Shown one piece after another: positions 19,853 to 29,596 of a stretch of 64,000 nt of DNA. Each line of letters begins with the position of its first letter. The first letter of the stretch is position 1. The translations under genes were made by a program, and so were the position numbers. This stretch comes from Patescibacteria group bacterium (lineage in GTDB: Bacteria > Patescibacteriota > Microgenomatia > UBA1400 > UBA1449): NCBI GenBank assembly GCA_050942955.1, contig JBMNOG010000004.1:4431-68430 (forward strand), in the 5' to 3' direction. Below the pieces are notes generated by a model. It was not told the origin of the DNA. It saw only the letters and a program-made list of their open reading frames with translations, and made no database searches.

Positions 19853-20341
19853 GTTCTACTCTTACCATTTTAATAGTTATCTCACCATTTTCATACGTAA
19901 ATCCCAACTTCTTCAGTTCCTCATAAAGTTCTAGTACACTCTCGAGTAAGGTGTTCCACCTATGGGGCAATTGGCTCACAAATAAAGAAAACCTCGCGAA
20001 AGTGGGGTTTTTCTTTATTTTGACGATCTGGGACGAGAAGCAAGACATGAGCGAAGCGAGCGTCAGTCCCGAACTGGGTGAAAGCCAACTTCGGGGAGTC
20101 CCAGACGGCTCACTCTTTGGGAGTCAGTGTACGCTAACTCAATTTTTTATTGAAGAAGGTGGATTTCCAATAAAAATAGCTTTATTCCCCAAAAGTAAAA
20201 AGGCTATTGAAGAGTCAAATTACTGTTTAATTCTTAATAAAATTGTGGAGTCAAGATTATTAAAAACAAAAATACATAATAATAAATTTTTTGAGGAAAT
20301 ATATTTAGAAACTTTAAGCAAGCAATAGATATATTTATTTT

Positions 20342-20659
20342 ATGGATATAAAGAAAGCTCAAACTTTAGTAGATCATCATTTAGAAGAAATTGGGTACAA
20401 AAAAATTGAAACAACCACAGAACAAGCTTTTATCCACCTCATAGAAGAAACAGGAGAAGTGGCAAGAGCCATACTCCATAAACAAACAAAAAGGAACAAA
20501 CTGGCAACCACCACTGACCCTTCTAATCTTAAAGATGAAGTTGCAGATATCTTCTGGCAAACCCTAAAACTAGCTATTTATCTAGACATCGATCTAGATG
20601 CAGCCTTTAAAAATAAATACAGAAAAAATAGAAATAAGATGAAGAATAATAACAAATAA
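20342..20659 (+). CDS. MazG-like nucleotide pyrophosphohydrolase
   Basis: LIEETGEVA...DEVADI. Confidence 0.8.
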   Translation: MDIKKAQTLVDHHLEEIGYKKIETTTEQAFIHLIEETGEVARAILHKQTKRNKLATTTDPSNLKDEVADIFWQTLKLAIYLDIDLDAAFKNKYRKNRNKMKNNNK

Positions 20660-21001
20660 ATAAAGTTTATTAACATTCCTGCCCGAAAGGAAAAATAATA
20701 GGTCTTTGGGTAGGATTCTCCCTAATTTTTCTAATTGTCTCCCTCTTTTTTTCCAATCTTTATATATCGCCAAAATTTAAACTTTATTCAAAGCGTTATT
20801 CAAGTAACGGTAATCTTATCAGGTTTGCTCTCAGCTGGATTCTTTACTTGTAGAGTTAAATATATTTCCAGTTCCGGAAATCCAGAAGCGTTAGAAAAAT
20901 CTAAGCGCACTAGTTTTTAAAAAGACTTGTTTTGTGTGTTTCTGTTTGAAAATTAACTCTGTTCTTATGTTTTATTAATAATTGTCAACTAGACTTTAGC
21001 T

Positions 21002-21424
21002 GTACTTTGACATTGCCCATCCATATACCCAGATCATACATCTCCATTCTTACACACGCGTAAGAACTAGCTAGAGCAACTGCTTATGCTTTAATTGTAG
21101 GAACGATCCCTAGAACCCTAGCTTAACTAGAAGGAGTAAACCCATGCGCAACCGCAACCGGTTAGTAACACTATTCACGGTTATCTGGATCCCAGTCGCT
21201 CTATTTATATGCTTTCTCGTTTTATTGGGAACGGATCTCGCTCCAACAGCATACGGAGTTTTCTGGAACATCATTGGTGCCATCATTGCTATAGTAGCCA
21301 GCGGAGCTCTACTCATAGCAATACCTCTCTTTTTTATCTTTGGAATTCCATGGTTAATCGCGAGATTAACACGTAACCGAAGGAGAAGGTAAGAATTATC
21401 AAGTTAGGCAGATGGGCATCAAAG
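21002..21424 (+). repeat. Cassette 4: boxA-like motif plus bulged long-range inverted repeat
   Basis: GTACTTTGACAT; CTTTGA[CAT]TGCCCATC 21005-21021 pairs with GATGGGCATCAAAG 21411-21424. Confidence 0.75.
21144..21392 (+). CDS. Small membrane protein with basic tail (cassette 4 cargo)
   Basis: AAGGAG SD; 2-3 hydrophobic segments; RNRRRR C-terminus. Confidence 0.7.
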   Translation: MRNRNRLVTLFTVIWIPVALFICFLVLLGTDLAPTAYGVFWNIIGAIIAIVASGALLIAIPLFFIFGIPWLIARLTRNRRRR

Positions 21425-21512
21425 CCGGGGGGCTGAAACCTCAAAGTTATTCTTTACTGCTGTTTTAGTCCCCCTAGTTCGATTATTCAGCCTTTCAGCA
21501 AAGCAAAATAAA

Positions 21513-21776
21513 CTAAGGTTTAACCTGACCCCTTCTTCTAGCTTTTTCTCTCTCCTCTCTAGCTTTGGCATGTGCTTGAGCATGCTCCCTATCTAAACGT
21601 ATTTTCATATCAGTCTTCTTCTGACATTCCGGATCAGGGCAAACCATGATAGTATGGGTAACTTTGCTTGTGCCACCATATGTCTTAATCTCTTCAATCC
21701 AGGTTTTTGCTACAATTCTTTCTTTTCCACAGATCGGACATGGGTTAAATTTTCCAGACTTAGGATCAGATACCAT
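21513..21776 (-). CDS. Zinc-ribbon protein
   Basis: CPICG...CPDPEC with a basic C-terminus. Confidence 0.7.
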   Translation of the reverse strand: MVSDPKSGKFNPCPICGKERIVAKTWIEEIKTYGGTSKVTHTIMVCPDPECQKKTDMKIRLDREHAQAHAKAREEREKARRRGQVKP

Positions 21777-21974
21777 GTTAATAGTTCCTGATTAGGGAGA
21801 AAGATACAGGCAGGTCCGAGTGATACCGGGGTATCTTTAACAAGCTAAACAAGGAGGAATATGTTTTACTCCTGCATAAATTCTGTACTAGTATAGCAGG
21901 AATTTACAACCATTTCAGACCAAAAAAAGAGGCCTGCAAATACAGACCTCTTAGAATTAGCAAGAAATACTAAT

Positions 21975-22268
21975 TTACCAACGTTTAGAATCGGAGTGTT
22001 CCCTTCTATTCTCACGTGGTTGCATAGGACGGGCTTCGTTAACAATAATGTTACGTCCACCAAAATCTTTGCCATTGAGAGTTTCAATTGCATTTTTAGC
22101 TTCTTCTTCACTGGACATTTCAACAAAACCAAAACCTTTACTTCTACCACTGAATCTGTCCATGATTACGTTAGCAGAAACTACCTGACCAGCTTGTGAG
22201 AAAAACTCTTCCAGCTGCTCATTAGTTACAGTATAGGGTAAACTACCTACAAATAACTTGGTTGCCAT
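21975..22268 (-). CDS. RRM RNA-binding protein
   Basis: KLFVGSL (RNP2), KGFGFVEM (RNP1); GGAGGTG SD. Confidence 0.95.
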   Translation of the reverse strand: MATKLFVGSLPYTVTNEQLEEFFSQAGQVVSANVIMDRFSGRSKGFGFVEMSSEEEAKNAIETLNGKDFGGRNIIVNEARPMQPRENRREHSDSKRW

Positions 22269-22512
22269 TACTCTTCACCTCCTAAATATAAAACTTGAAT
22301 CCGTTTAATTGAAATTAAGACTTAAAGAAGTAGGAAAATGCAGACATTGCGACCACACTTCACAAAAAGATCTCTATCAACTAACAATTGATTCGCGAAC
22401 TTTTAAATAACAGCGTAATTATATACCATATCTAATAAAAGTTAATCAGGAAGTTTAATCTTATTTTTTTCATGAATTTTCCGAACGTAGGTATTATTGT
22501 TATAGTGAACCT

Positions 22513-24768
22513 ATGCAGTTTCTACCAAAAAAAATTACATTCCTCAAAAAACTCGTGCTTTTGCTGTCATGTTTACTTTTTACTACTCTTATTCTTGTCT
22601 TTTTTCTTTTATACAGAGAGTACCTTAGAGAGATAAATCAAGAAGAAAGCGTCTTTAATGTCCCGCCGGTTCTGGTTGAAACAGATTACAAACCACCATG
22701 TCTGCAACAGGTAAATCAAGACGGTTGGGAAATTAAGGATGGCAAGGTACTTACCTATCCAAGATGCCTGACAGTCATGAACAGCCGTTTTGGCTCCCGT
22801 TTTAACTTTGACTGGTATTTCGGCCAACAAAAAGTTAAATCAAGCTCCATGGGTAATATGCAGGACTTTGATAGTAACTTCGTTATTCAGATTTCGGATA
22901 GTGAGAAGTCAACCCAACTTTTTCCCCTGCAGCCCAATTCTGAACCAGTGAAAGTTTCATCGAGTTTGGGTCTAACCTACCATGAAATCAACTTTGAACT
23001 TGAAGATGTCGTTTTAACCGTCATTGTGCGTTCACCCTTTGCACCAAGTAAATCAGTGAAAGATGAGAACACAAAACTAAGCGTTGCGCCATTCTTCTAT
23101 ATTGATTTTGAAGTAGAAAATAAAACTCAGAACATTCTGGAAAAAACTATAAGTATCTCCCTTGGTGATTTTGAGAAGAGAGAAGATAAGAGAAACCGGA
23201 TTATGCTCTACTATCTTGATCCGATAGATAGTAATGCTCAAAGAGTTTTAACTGCTGCTAATGACAAAGATATTGAGGCCGATGTACGAAAATTTAGCGG
23301 TGGTATTCGCTGGAACATTCTTATAAAACCTCAAGAGAAAACAGGAAAACGTTTAGTTTACGCAAATTATACAGATAATACTGCCCTAGTTGAAAGTTTT
23401 AATACTGCCCCTAAGACGCATGAGAGTAATGCAAGCGTCACTGTATCGTCCCCAAATACCAATAGACACCAACTTAAGTTCGCATATACAAATTGGTTTA
23501 AAAATGTAGTTGACGTTGTCAATTACGCGTTTTCCAACCAGAGAAAAATTCTTAGAGCCACAGATGATTTTGAAAAAATCCTAAGCTCAAATACTAGTTT
23601 AACTCCACAAGAAAAATGGCTAGCGGCTCAAGCATTCCACTCATATATTGGCAATACGAGATTAGTATATGATTTGCAGCAAAAAGAATACGGCTACTAT
23701 GTCTGGGAGGGTGAGTTTAAGTACTTAAACACCCTGGATGTCGCTCATGATTACGCTGTAGTTGAAGGTATGTATTTTCCCTGGGTCTTAAAGTATGAAC
23801 TTGAGTCCTGGAAAAAAGCAGTCAAATATGATGAGAAGGGCGCTGTTATTCCTCATGATCTTGGCATCCACCACAGCGTTACCGGTACAGAAGCATACCA
23901 GATACCCGGCTGGCAAACTTCAGGTATGCCGGTTGAAGAGAATGCTAACTTCATTATTTTAAGCTACTGGTACTTACATAACACCGGAGACACAGTATTT
24001 ATTAAAGAACTTTCTCCTTTTCTCTCTGAATTGGTGCTTTCTCTTGTTAACCGCGATCAGAACGGCAATGGCATCGCTGACTCAAACATAGGTATGACTA
24101 CCTACGATTCTGATTCAAACTCTGCTCTCAAAGATGGACCGGATAGCAGTTACTTAGCCTTAAAACAACTGACTGTTTACATTTTTGCTGAAAAAATATT
24201 TGCTTTGACGGACGATACCCAAGCGCAAGAGCTTGTTCGAGAACAGACACTGCATATCTCTAACTCTCTTGCGAATGTCTACGAGCAGTACGGCTTCATT
24301 CCATTATCTTTAGATCCGGAGTTTGTGGAGAAAAATCAATTTGAAGGCAAGAAAGTAAAAGGTATTGAAGAGCAGGGATTTGCCTATATCTCAGGTTTAT
24401 ACTACCTGGCTTTAACTGAAACTAACTCACCATATCTAAAAGAATTGTTACCAGCACTTTCAAAAACATATCCTAGCGCTTACGAGAAATCGCTGGTAAA
24501 AAGCTCGCAAGGTGCAGTAGTTGGTCTCCAGCTTACCGAGTATCAGGCATTAAATTTGGGCTGGTTTTCCCATAGCCTCATGGCAGATTATATTGCCGAG
24601 AAGCTGTTTACCCAAGATTACAACTCCTGGGAAACATTTTACCCGAGAATTTATGACAGTCCTTATGGGTTTACCGACGGCCACTACTTTAATGAGCCCT
24701 TCTATCCGCCGCGTCTATGTTTACTTTACTACCCAAGAGGAGTTACAATTTTCTCTTTCTTAAAATAG
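22513..24768 (+). CDS. Membrane-anchored glutaminase GtaA/DUF4965-like six-hairpin protein
   Basis: EGEFKYLNTLDV, PHDLG, MPVEENANF motifs; N-terminal TM. Confidence 0.6.
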   Translation: MQFLPKKITFLKKLVLLLSCLLFTTLILVFFLLYREYLREINQEESVFNVPPVLVETDYKPPCLQQVNQDGWEIKDGKVLTYPRCLTVMNSRFGSRFNFDWYFGQQKVKSSSMGNMQDFDSNFVIQISDSEKSTQLFPLQPNSEPVKVSSSLGLTYHEINFELEDVVLTVIVRSPFAPSKSVKDENTKLSVAPFFYIDFEVENKTQNILEKTISISLGDFEKREDKRNRIMLYYLDPIDSNAQRVLTAANDKDIEADVRKFSGGIRWNILIKPQEKTGKRLVYANYTDNTALVESFNTAPKTHESNASVTVSSPNTNRHQLKFAYTNWFKNVVDVVNYAFSNQRKILRATDDFEKILSSNTSLTPQEKWLAAQAFHSYIGNTRLVYDLQQKEYGYYVWEGEFKYLNTLDVAHDYAVVEGMYFPWVLKYELESWKKAVKYDEKGAVIPHDLGIHHSVTGTEAYQIPGWQTSGMPVEENANFIILSYWYLHNTGDTVFIKELSPFLSELVLSLVNRDQNGNGIADSNIGMTTYDSDSNSALKDGPDSSYLALKQLTVYIFAEKIFALTDDTQAQELVREQTLHISNSLANVYEQYGFIPLSLDPEFVEKNQFEGKKVKGIEEQGFAYISGLYYLALTETNSPYLKELLPALSKTYPSAYEKSLVKSSQGAVVGLQLTEYQALNLGWFSHSLMADYIAEKLFTQDYNSWETFYPRIYDSPYGFTDGHYFNEPFYPPRLCLLYYPRGVTIFSFLK

Positions 24769-24851
24769 TTTCATTTAGTTCTTACACGTCTTTTATGTAC
24801 CTATTACCTTCCAATACTAAATTAGATAAGAATTATAAATGAATGAAAATT

Positions 24852-25091
24852 ATGCCCTACAAAAGCAATTCTGAACTACCTGAATCAGTGCGCAAGTCTT
24901 TGCCTGAACACGGACAAGACATTTATCGTGAGGCCTACAATAGCGCCTGGGAGCAGTACGATGAGCCTGAGGAGAGACGGGGTGGTAGGTCAAGAGAAGA
25001 AACAGCTCATGCCATTGCTTGGAGCGCTGTAAAAAAAGAATATGAAAGAGTCACGCAAGGCAAGTGGGTAAAAAAAAGAAGACTAACCTAG
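24852..25091 (+). CDS. chaB: ChaB family protein
   Basis: MPYKSNSELPESVR...QDIYREAYNSA...AHAIAWSAVK. Confidence 0.9.
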   Translation: MPYKSNSELPESVRKSLPEHGQDIYREAYNSAWEQYDEPEERRGGRSREETAHAIAWSAVKKEYERVTQGKWVKKRRLT

Positions 25092-25708
25092 CGGCTTTCG
25101 TTCCGAGGTTTCACTCTTTTATACCTTTCCAAAATTAGTTGCTTATTCCTTTCAAAAATGGAGCGTAAGCGATCATCATCTTTAGTTTCATCATCGTCTT
25201 TATCTTCCTCTTTTTTCTCATCTCTTTCTTCCCATACTCCTCGGGTTCTTTCATCATCCTTGCTTTCTTCCTTTTTCTCTGCTTTTTCACCAGCTTTAGT
25301 TGCTTCCTTTTCAGTTTCTACCCTAACAGTTTCCTGGATTACGTCAGACTTCTTTACTGGTTTTGGCGGCACTTCAAGACCTTCAACTTCATCTTTAATT
25401 TCTGGCAGAGTGGATTTTTCCGGATTGCCACTTATAGCTACACGTACGGTATCTGAAAACTGTCTGAGAGGGTACAGGGAGTCGCCTGGTTTTGCAACAG
25501 AGGCTCTTACATAAGTCAGACCTCCACCGATTAACAGTGCAATAAGAATCATAAAAGGTATAGCTACCCGAAGGAAGGGATGTCTGAAAGTCACTTGATC
25601 TTCCAAAAGTGGAACTATGTCTTCCCAGCTCTGCTTAACTTTTCCAGGAGTAACAGTTATAGAAAGGTAATCCTGTTTTCGTCCTTTAAGGTAAGTATCA
25701 GTTTTCAT
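25088..25708 (-). CDS. Putative anti-sigma factor (TM plus DUF5667-like domain)
   Basis: Overlaps sigma factor stop; TM then AKPGDSLYPL. Confidence 0.65.
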   Translation of the reverse strand: MKTDTYLKGRKQDYLSITVTPGKVKQSWEDIVPLLEDQVTFRHPFLRVAIPFMILIALLIGGGLTYVRASVAKPGDSLYPLRQFSDTVRVAISGNPEKSTLPEIKDEVEGLEVPPKPVKKSDVIQETVRVETEKEATKAGEKAEKKEESKDDERTRGVWEERDEKKEEDKDDDETKDDDRLRSIFERNKQLILERYKRVKPRNESR

Positions 25709-26240
25709 ACGTATATTCTTTTATATATTGTCGCATTTTCTTTAAAATCCGGTGAACTCTGACTCTAACAGCTCCTTCTTCCTTATTAACAACTTGGGCA
25801 ATCTCATTGAAAGATAACTCTTCAAAATATCGTAAAACAATTAACAGTTTTTCAAACTCCTTCAAAAACCCCATGGTTTTATACACTACTGCTTTTTGTT
25901 CCTTAGAAAGAAGGGTTTCCTGGATATCATCATCTGAGGGAATGGTTTCGGCCGTATCTAGCGCTAAGTTTTTCTTCTTACGCTTAAAATCGATAACAGC
26001 GTTTCTGGCAACAGCGAAGATAAAAGCCTGGAGCGTTCCCTTCTGAACATCAAAAGAAGATAAGGATTTCCAGGTCTTTAAAAATGTATTCTGCGTTAGA
26101 TCAGAGGCAGTTTCCGGATCATACACCATATAGTAGATAAACCGGTAAATCCGCTTGTAGAAGGTCTCGTAAATCTGTCCAAACGCCTGTTTGTCTCCAT
26201 GCTTAGCCAAGATGACCAAAGCGTCTAGTTCTTCTGACAT
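25698..26240 (-). CDS. ECF RNA polymerase sigma factor
   Basis: AFGQIY, DLTQNTF, region 4 LSFNEIA...VRVRVHR. Confidence 0.9.
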   Translation of the reverse strand: MSEELDALVILAKHGDKQAFGQIYETFYKRIYRFIYYMVYDPETASDLTQNTFLKTWKSLSSFDVQKGTLQAFIFAVARNAVIDFKRKKKNLALDTAETIPSDDDIQETLLSKEQKAVVYKTMGFLKEFEKLLIVLRYFEELSFNEIAQVVNKEEGAVRVRVHRILKKMRQYIKEYTYEN

Positions 26241-26268
26241 AGCGGCATTATACCTTACTAACTATGTA

Positions 26269-26315
26269 ATACGTGCAAGTCCCGGTTTTGTAACATTATT
26301 GCTTGGTCTTCGTTA
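26269..26315. promoter_or_regulatory. Overlapping divergent ECF-type promoters
   Basis: + strand TGTAAC-N16-CGTT (26289-26314); - strand TGTTAC-N16-CGTA. Confidence 0.6.
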
Positions 26316-26336
26316 TATGTAGTGAAAGGAGATATT

Positions 26337-27017
26337 ATGAAAAATCTTACTATCACGTTTCTCACGTTTTTGTTTGTTGTTATCCTTGGTACCCAAATTG
26401 CGCTTGCCAAAGAGGGTTCTGGAGGAAAAGATAAAAAACCTGACCTTAAAGCTAAAATTACTACTCAGCTTGAACATGTCAGTCAATTTCTGAAAGCAAA
26501 GGTTAACAATGAAACCTTTGACATTCAGGGTGAGATAGAGTCTGCATCTGAGACAAGTTTTATTGTTGGCGGCCAGACTATTATCGTTGATCCTACCATG
26601 GTTGCCAAATTTACCCAAAAAGGCATTCTGGAAGAGGGGCAAAGAGTAAAAGTCAGAGGGATTATTACAGAAGATGGATACTTAGCTCAAGATATTAATG
26701 TTATCGGCACCGGACAGGGCAGGTATCAATTTAAGTTTGAAAACGGCGTTGTCGTCACCCCTACTCCGGATGAGAATGCCGATGATGATACACAGGATGC
26801 TACCCCAAGTGCATCACCCAGCCCTACCCCTCAAGGCAGCCTTAATTCGGGTACAGATGGTCTTATCGGAAGCCTGAACTCCGACACTGAAACTACTACC
26901 GGTAGCCTTGATTCGTCTACAGAAAGAGTAACAACCAGAATTAGAATCTCAGGAACTCTAGAAAGGGTTAGGGCTTTTATCGATAATTTATTTTCGTACT
27001 TTAGTCTTAGCTTTTAA
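26337..27017 (+). CDS. Secreted DUF5666-like protein
   Basis: Signal peptide; IQGEI...GQRVKVRG...LAQDI; AAGGAG SD. Confidence 0.7.
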   Translation: MKNLTITFLTFLFVVILGTQIALAKEGSGGKDKKPDLKAKITTQLEHVSQFLKAKVNNETFDIQGEIESASETSFIVGGQTIIVDPTMVAKFTQKGILEEGQRVKVRGIITEDGYLAQDINVIGTGQGRYQFKFENGVVVTPTPDENADDDTQDATPSASPSPTPQGSLNSGTDGLIGSLNSDTETTTGSLDSSTERVTTRIRISGTLERVRAFIDNLFSYFSLSF

Positions 27018-27027
27018 TTCGATTTCT

Positions 27028-27213
27028 TTATAGGGCAGGAATTAGCGCCCCACTAGGGGCGCTAATAGATTTTGACTTTAGGTAGAATACCTGTTTTGAG
27101 CCTTTTCTAATAGTTGAAACGTTAAATAAAATTAAAAAAGAGATAACAAAAATAACTAAAACTAGCATTAATACAACAGTTTTGTTTTTACTCTTTTGCC
27201 TTTTTGCTATCAT
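27028..27213 (-). CDS. Possible small single-TM protein
   Basis: Basic N-terminus plus hydrophobic helix; TATACT upstream. Confidence 0.35.
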   Translation of the reverse strand: MIAKRQKSKNKTVVLMLVLVIFVISFLILFNVSTIRKGSKQVFYLKSKSISAPSGALIPAL

Positions 27214-27392
27214 TCTCTACATAGTATAACTTTGAGGATAGACTTACCATGTAGCGGTAAAAGATAGGAAAGCAATTGTTATTGTCCTGGTATTTTGGAT
27301 CTTGCTATTAGTTAAAAAATAGCTACAGCAAATAAATTTTGACAGTTTATTCAGCTTAACAAAAATAACAGCTATCCTTTACAATAAGCAGT

Positions 27393-28310
27393 ATGAGAGT
27401 TGTCCACTTAAATGTAACCAGTCTCTTCTCTTCACTCCTACAGGGTGAGAAATACCCTCTCTCTCTTGAGAAGACCAATACCATAGCTAATCCCCATACT
27501 ATTGAGGCAGTAACGCTAACTCCAAGATCAAAAGTAAACGATGATAATCTTCAAAACTTGCCGTCTCTCAAACTTATTGTCACCAGAAGTGTCGGAGTTG
27601 ATCACATAGATAAAAATGCGTGTAAAAAGCGTAACATTGCGGTGTATCACATAGAAGACTACGGCGCCTTCAATATTGCTGAACATACCCTAGCGCTTCT
27701 CCTATCCGGAACCAGAAACATTGTTAGATCACAGAGAAACATTAACGCTGGAAAGTTCGAGCACGAGAATTTAGCTGGATTTGCTTTAAGGAACAAAACA
27801 GTAGGCATTATTGGTACAGGTAAAATTGGGCTTGAATTCATTAAGCTCCTTAAACCGTTTGACGTAAACGTTATTGCCTATGATATTTTTGAAAATTATG
27901 AAGCCCAAAAGCGTCTGGGTTTTACCTATACCACATTTGAATCGCTACTTAAGGAAAGTGATGTTATCAGTCTGCACGCACCCCTAACCCCAAAAACCCG
28001 CCACATGGTAAATCAAAAGGCTATCCAGCTCATGAAGGAAGATGTCATCCTCGTCAATACCGCCAGGGGTGATTTAATAAACACTCAAGACCTTGTGAAA
28101 AATATTGTAAAGTTTAGATTTGTTGGACTTGACGTTTTAGAAGACGAAGCCAGCTTTAGCAAAAGCCATCCGCTATTAGCTTTTCATAACGTACTCATCA
28201 CCCCTCATATGGCTTATCTTTCTGAGTACTCCCTGAAAAAGATTTGTGAGGAAACAGAGAAGTGTATCACCAGCTTCATGAATAACAACTCCAGTGGACG
28301 AATCGTTTAG
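27393..28310 (+). CDS. D-isomer-specific 2-hydroxyacid dehydrogenase (D-lactate DH-like)
   Basis: GIIGTGKIG, VNTARG, LDVLEDE, ITPHMA. Confidence 0.9.
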   Translation: MRVVHLNVTSLFSSLLQGEKYPLSLEKTNTIANPHTIEAVTLTPRSKVNDDNLQNLPSLKLIVTRSVGVDHIDKNACKKRNIAVYHIEDYGAFNIAEHTLALLLSGTRNIVRSQRNINAGKFEHENLAGFALRNKTVGIIGTGKIGLEFIKLLKPFDVNVIAYDIFENYEAQKRLGFTYTTFESLLKESDVISLHAPLTPKTRHMVNQKAIQLMKEDVILVNTARGDLINTQDLVKNIVKFRFVGLDVLEDEASFSKSHPLLAFHNVLITPHMAYLSEYSLKKICEETEKCITSFMNNNSSGRIV

Positions 28311-28389
28311 TTTCTGATTACTAAGTTCTTACCCCTTCATTACTCCATTTTCACGCCCTCACTTTAGCTTGAGTTGACTATTGGTGATT

Positions 28390-29469
28390 ATGAAGGCTAA
28401 CATACTTTCAAACCTCAAGAAAATTGCTATTCTGCGAGCTAATGCCCTCGGAGATTTTATTTTCGCCCTTCCGGCACTAAAAGCACTTAGAGAGACGTAC
28501 CCTAAAGCTGAACTTGTATATCTGGGTAAACCCTGGCACGAAACATTCCTCAAAGACAGAAAAGAGATTGTAGATAGAGTTGTCACTATTCCAGTAAGTT
28601 ATGGAATAAGAGAGGAAAACGGGAAAAGGGAAAATACTAAGGAACTGGAATCATTTTTCTGTGGAATGCAGAAAAAGAAATTTGACATTGCCATCCAGCT
28701 TCATGGAGGCGGCAGAAATTCAAACCCATTTGTCTCTAAACTAGGCGCACAGATAACAATTGGTTCTCAAACTTTTGATGCTTTAGGTTTAGACACAACC
28801 ATTCCATATATTTATTACCAAAACGAGTATTTACGATGTCTGGAGATCGTGGCCTTAGTTGGTGCAAAAACAAAAGAGATCGTTCCTCATCTCAACGTTA
28901 GACCTAAAGATGTAAATGAGGCTAGGGAAGTTATCGGAGGTATGTCTAAACCCCTAGTTATCCTACACCCTGGGGTAAACGACCTAAGAAGACAGTGGCC
29001 TGAAGAACGTTTTGCACAAGTCGGAGATTCACTTGCAAAAAAGGGTTTAAGTATTGCTCTTACCGGCACTAAAAATGAAGAAAAGCTGGTAAGCAACGTG
29101 ATAAGGAAAATGCAGATAAAGCCTCTAAATCTCTGCAGCAAACTGACAATCAATGGATTGACTGGTTTGTTAAAAATTGCAAAACTTATTATCAGCAATG
29201 ACACAGGACCACTTCATCTTGGAGCAGCCATAGGTACAAAAACAGTGGGAATCTACTGGTGCGGTAACCGCATCAACGGCGGACCGATAACAATTGCCAC
29301 AAATACTCCCTTAATTTCCTGGTTAACTCGCTGCCCCTTATGTGGAACAGACATGACAAAGTTAATAGTTAAGAAAAGTCATGAATGCAGCCACAACGTC
29401 TCGTTTGTTAAAGATGTATCTGTCAAAACTGTATATGAAGCGGCTAACTACCTTCTAGCTGAAGAATAA
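28390..29469 (+). CDS. Glycosyltransferase family 9 (heptosyltransferase-like)
   Basis: ALGDFI, LHPG, NDTGPLHLGAA. Confidence 0.9.
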   Translation: MKANILSNLKKIAILRANALGDFIFALPALKALRETYPKAELVYLGKPWHETFLKDRKEIVDRVVTIPVSYGIREENGKRENTKELESFFCGMQKKKFDIAIQLHGGGRNSNPFVSKLGAQITIGSQTFDALGLDTTIPYIYYQNEYLRCLEIVALVGAKTKEIVPHLNVRPKDVNEAREVIGGMSKPLVILHPGVNDLRRQWPEERFAQVGDSLAKKGLSIALTGTKNEEKLVSNVIRKMQIKPLNLCSKLTINGLTGLLKIAKLIISNDTGPLHLGAAIGTKTVGIYWCGNRINGGPITIATNTPLISWLTRCPLCGTDMTKLIVKKSHECSHNVSFVKDVSVKTVYEAANYLLAEE

Positions 29470-29596
29470 AACTATTGCTTGTAGTTTGAGACACCGAAAG
29501 ATAAGTTTTGGTTGATAAAACAATTAGTTGGTTCCTCTTCCTCATCTCTTACACACCTTTTATATATCCCTCATTTTCCAACTTTACTCTTTGGCT

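Larger units (their letters stand above)
18318..20113. mobile_element. tRNA-Lys-anchored mini-island bounded by an 18-bp direct repeat
   Basis: GAGTCCCAGACGGCTCAC at 18318-18335 and 20096-20113; AT-rich cargo; no integrase. Confidence 0.6.

Noticed and set aside
21831-21886. Plus-strand GTATCTTTAACAAG followed by AAGGAGG and ATG, resembling a cassette start
   Set aside because: The ORF is only 11 codons, no closing arm was found, and it lies antisense in the leader of the Zn-ribbon gene.
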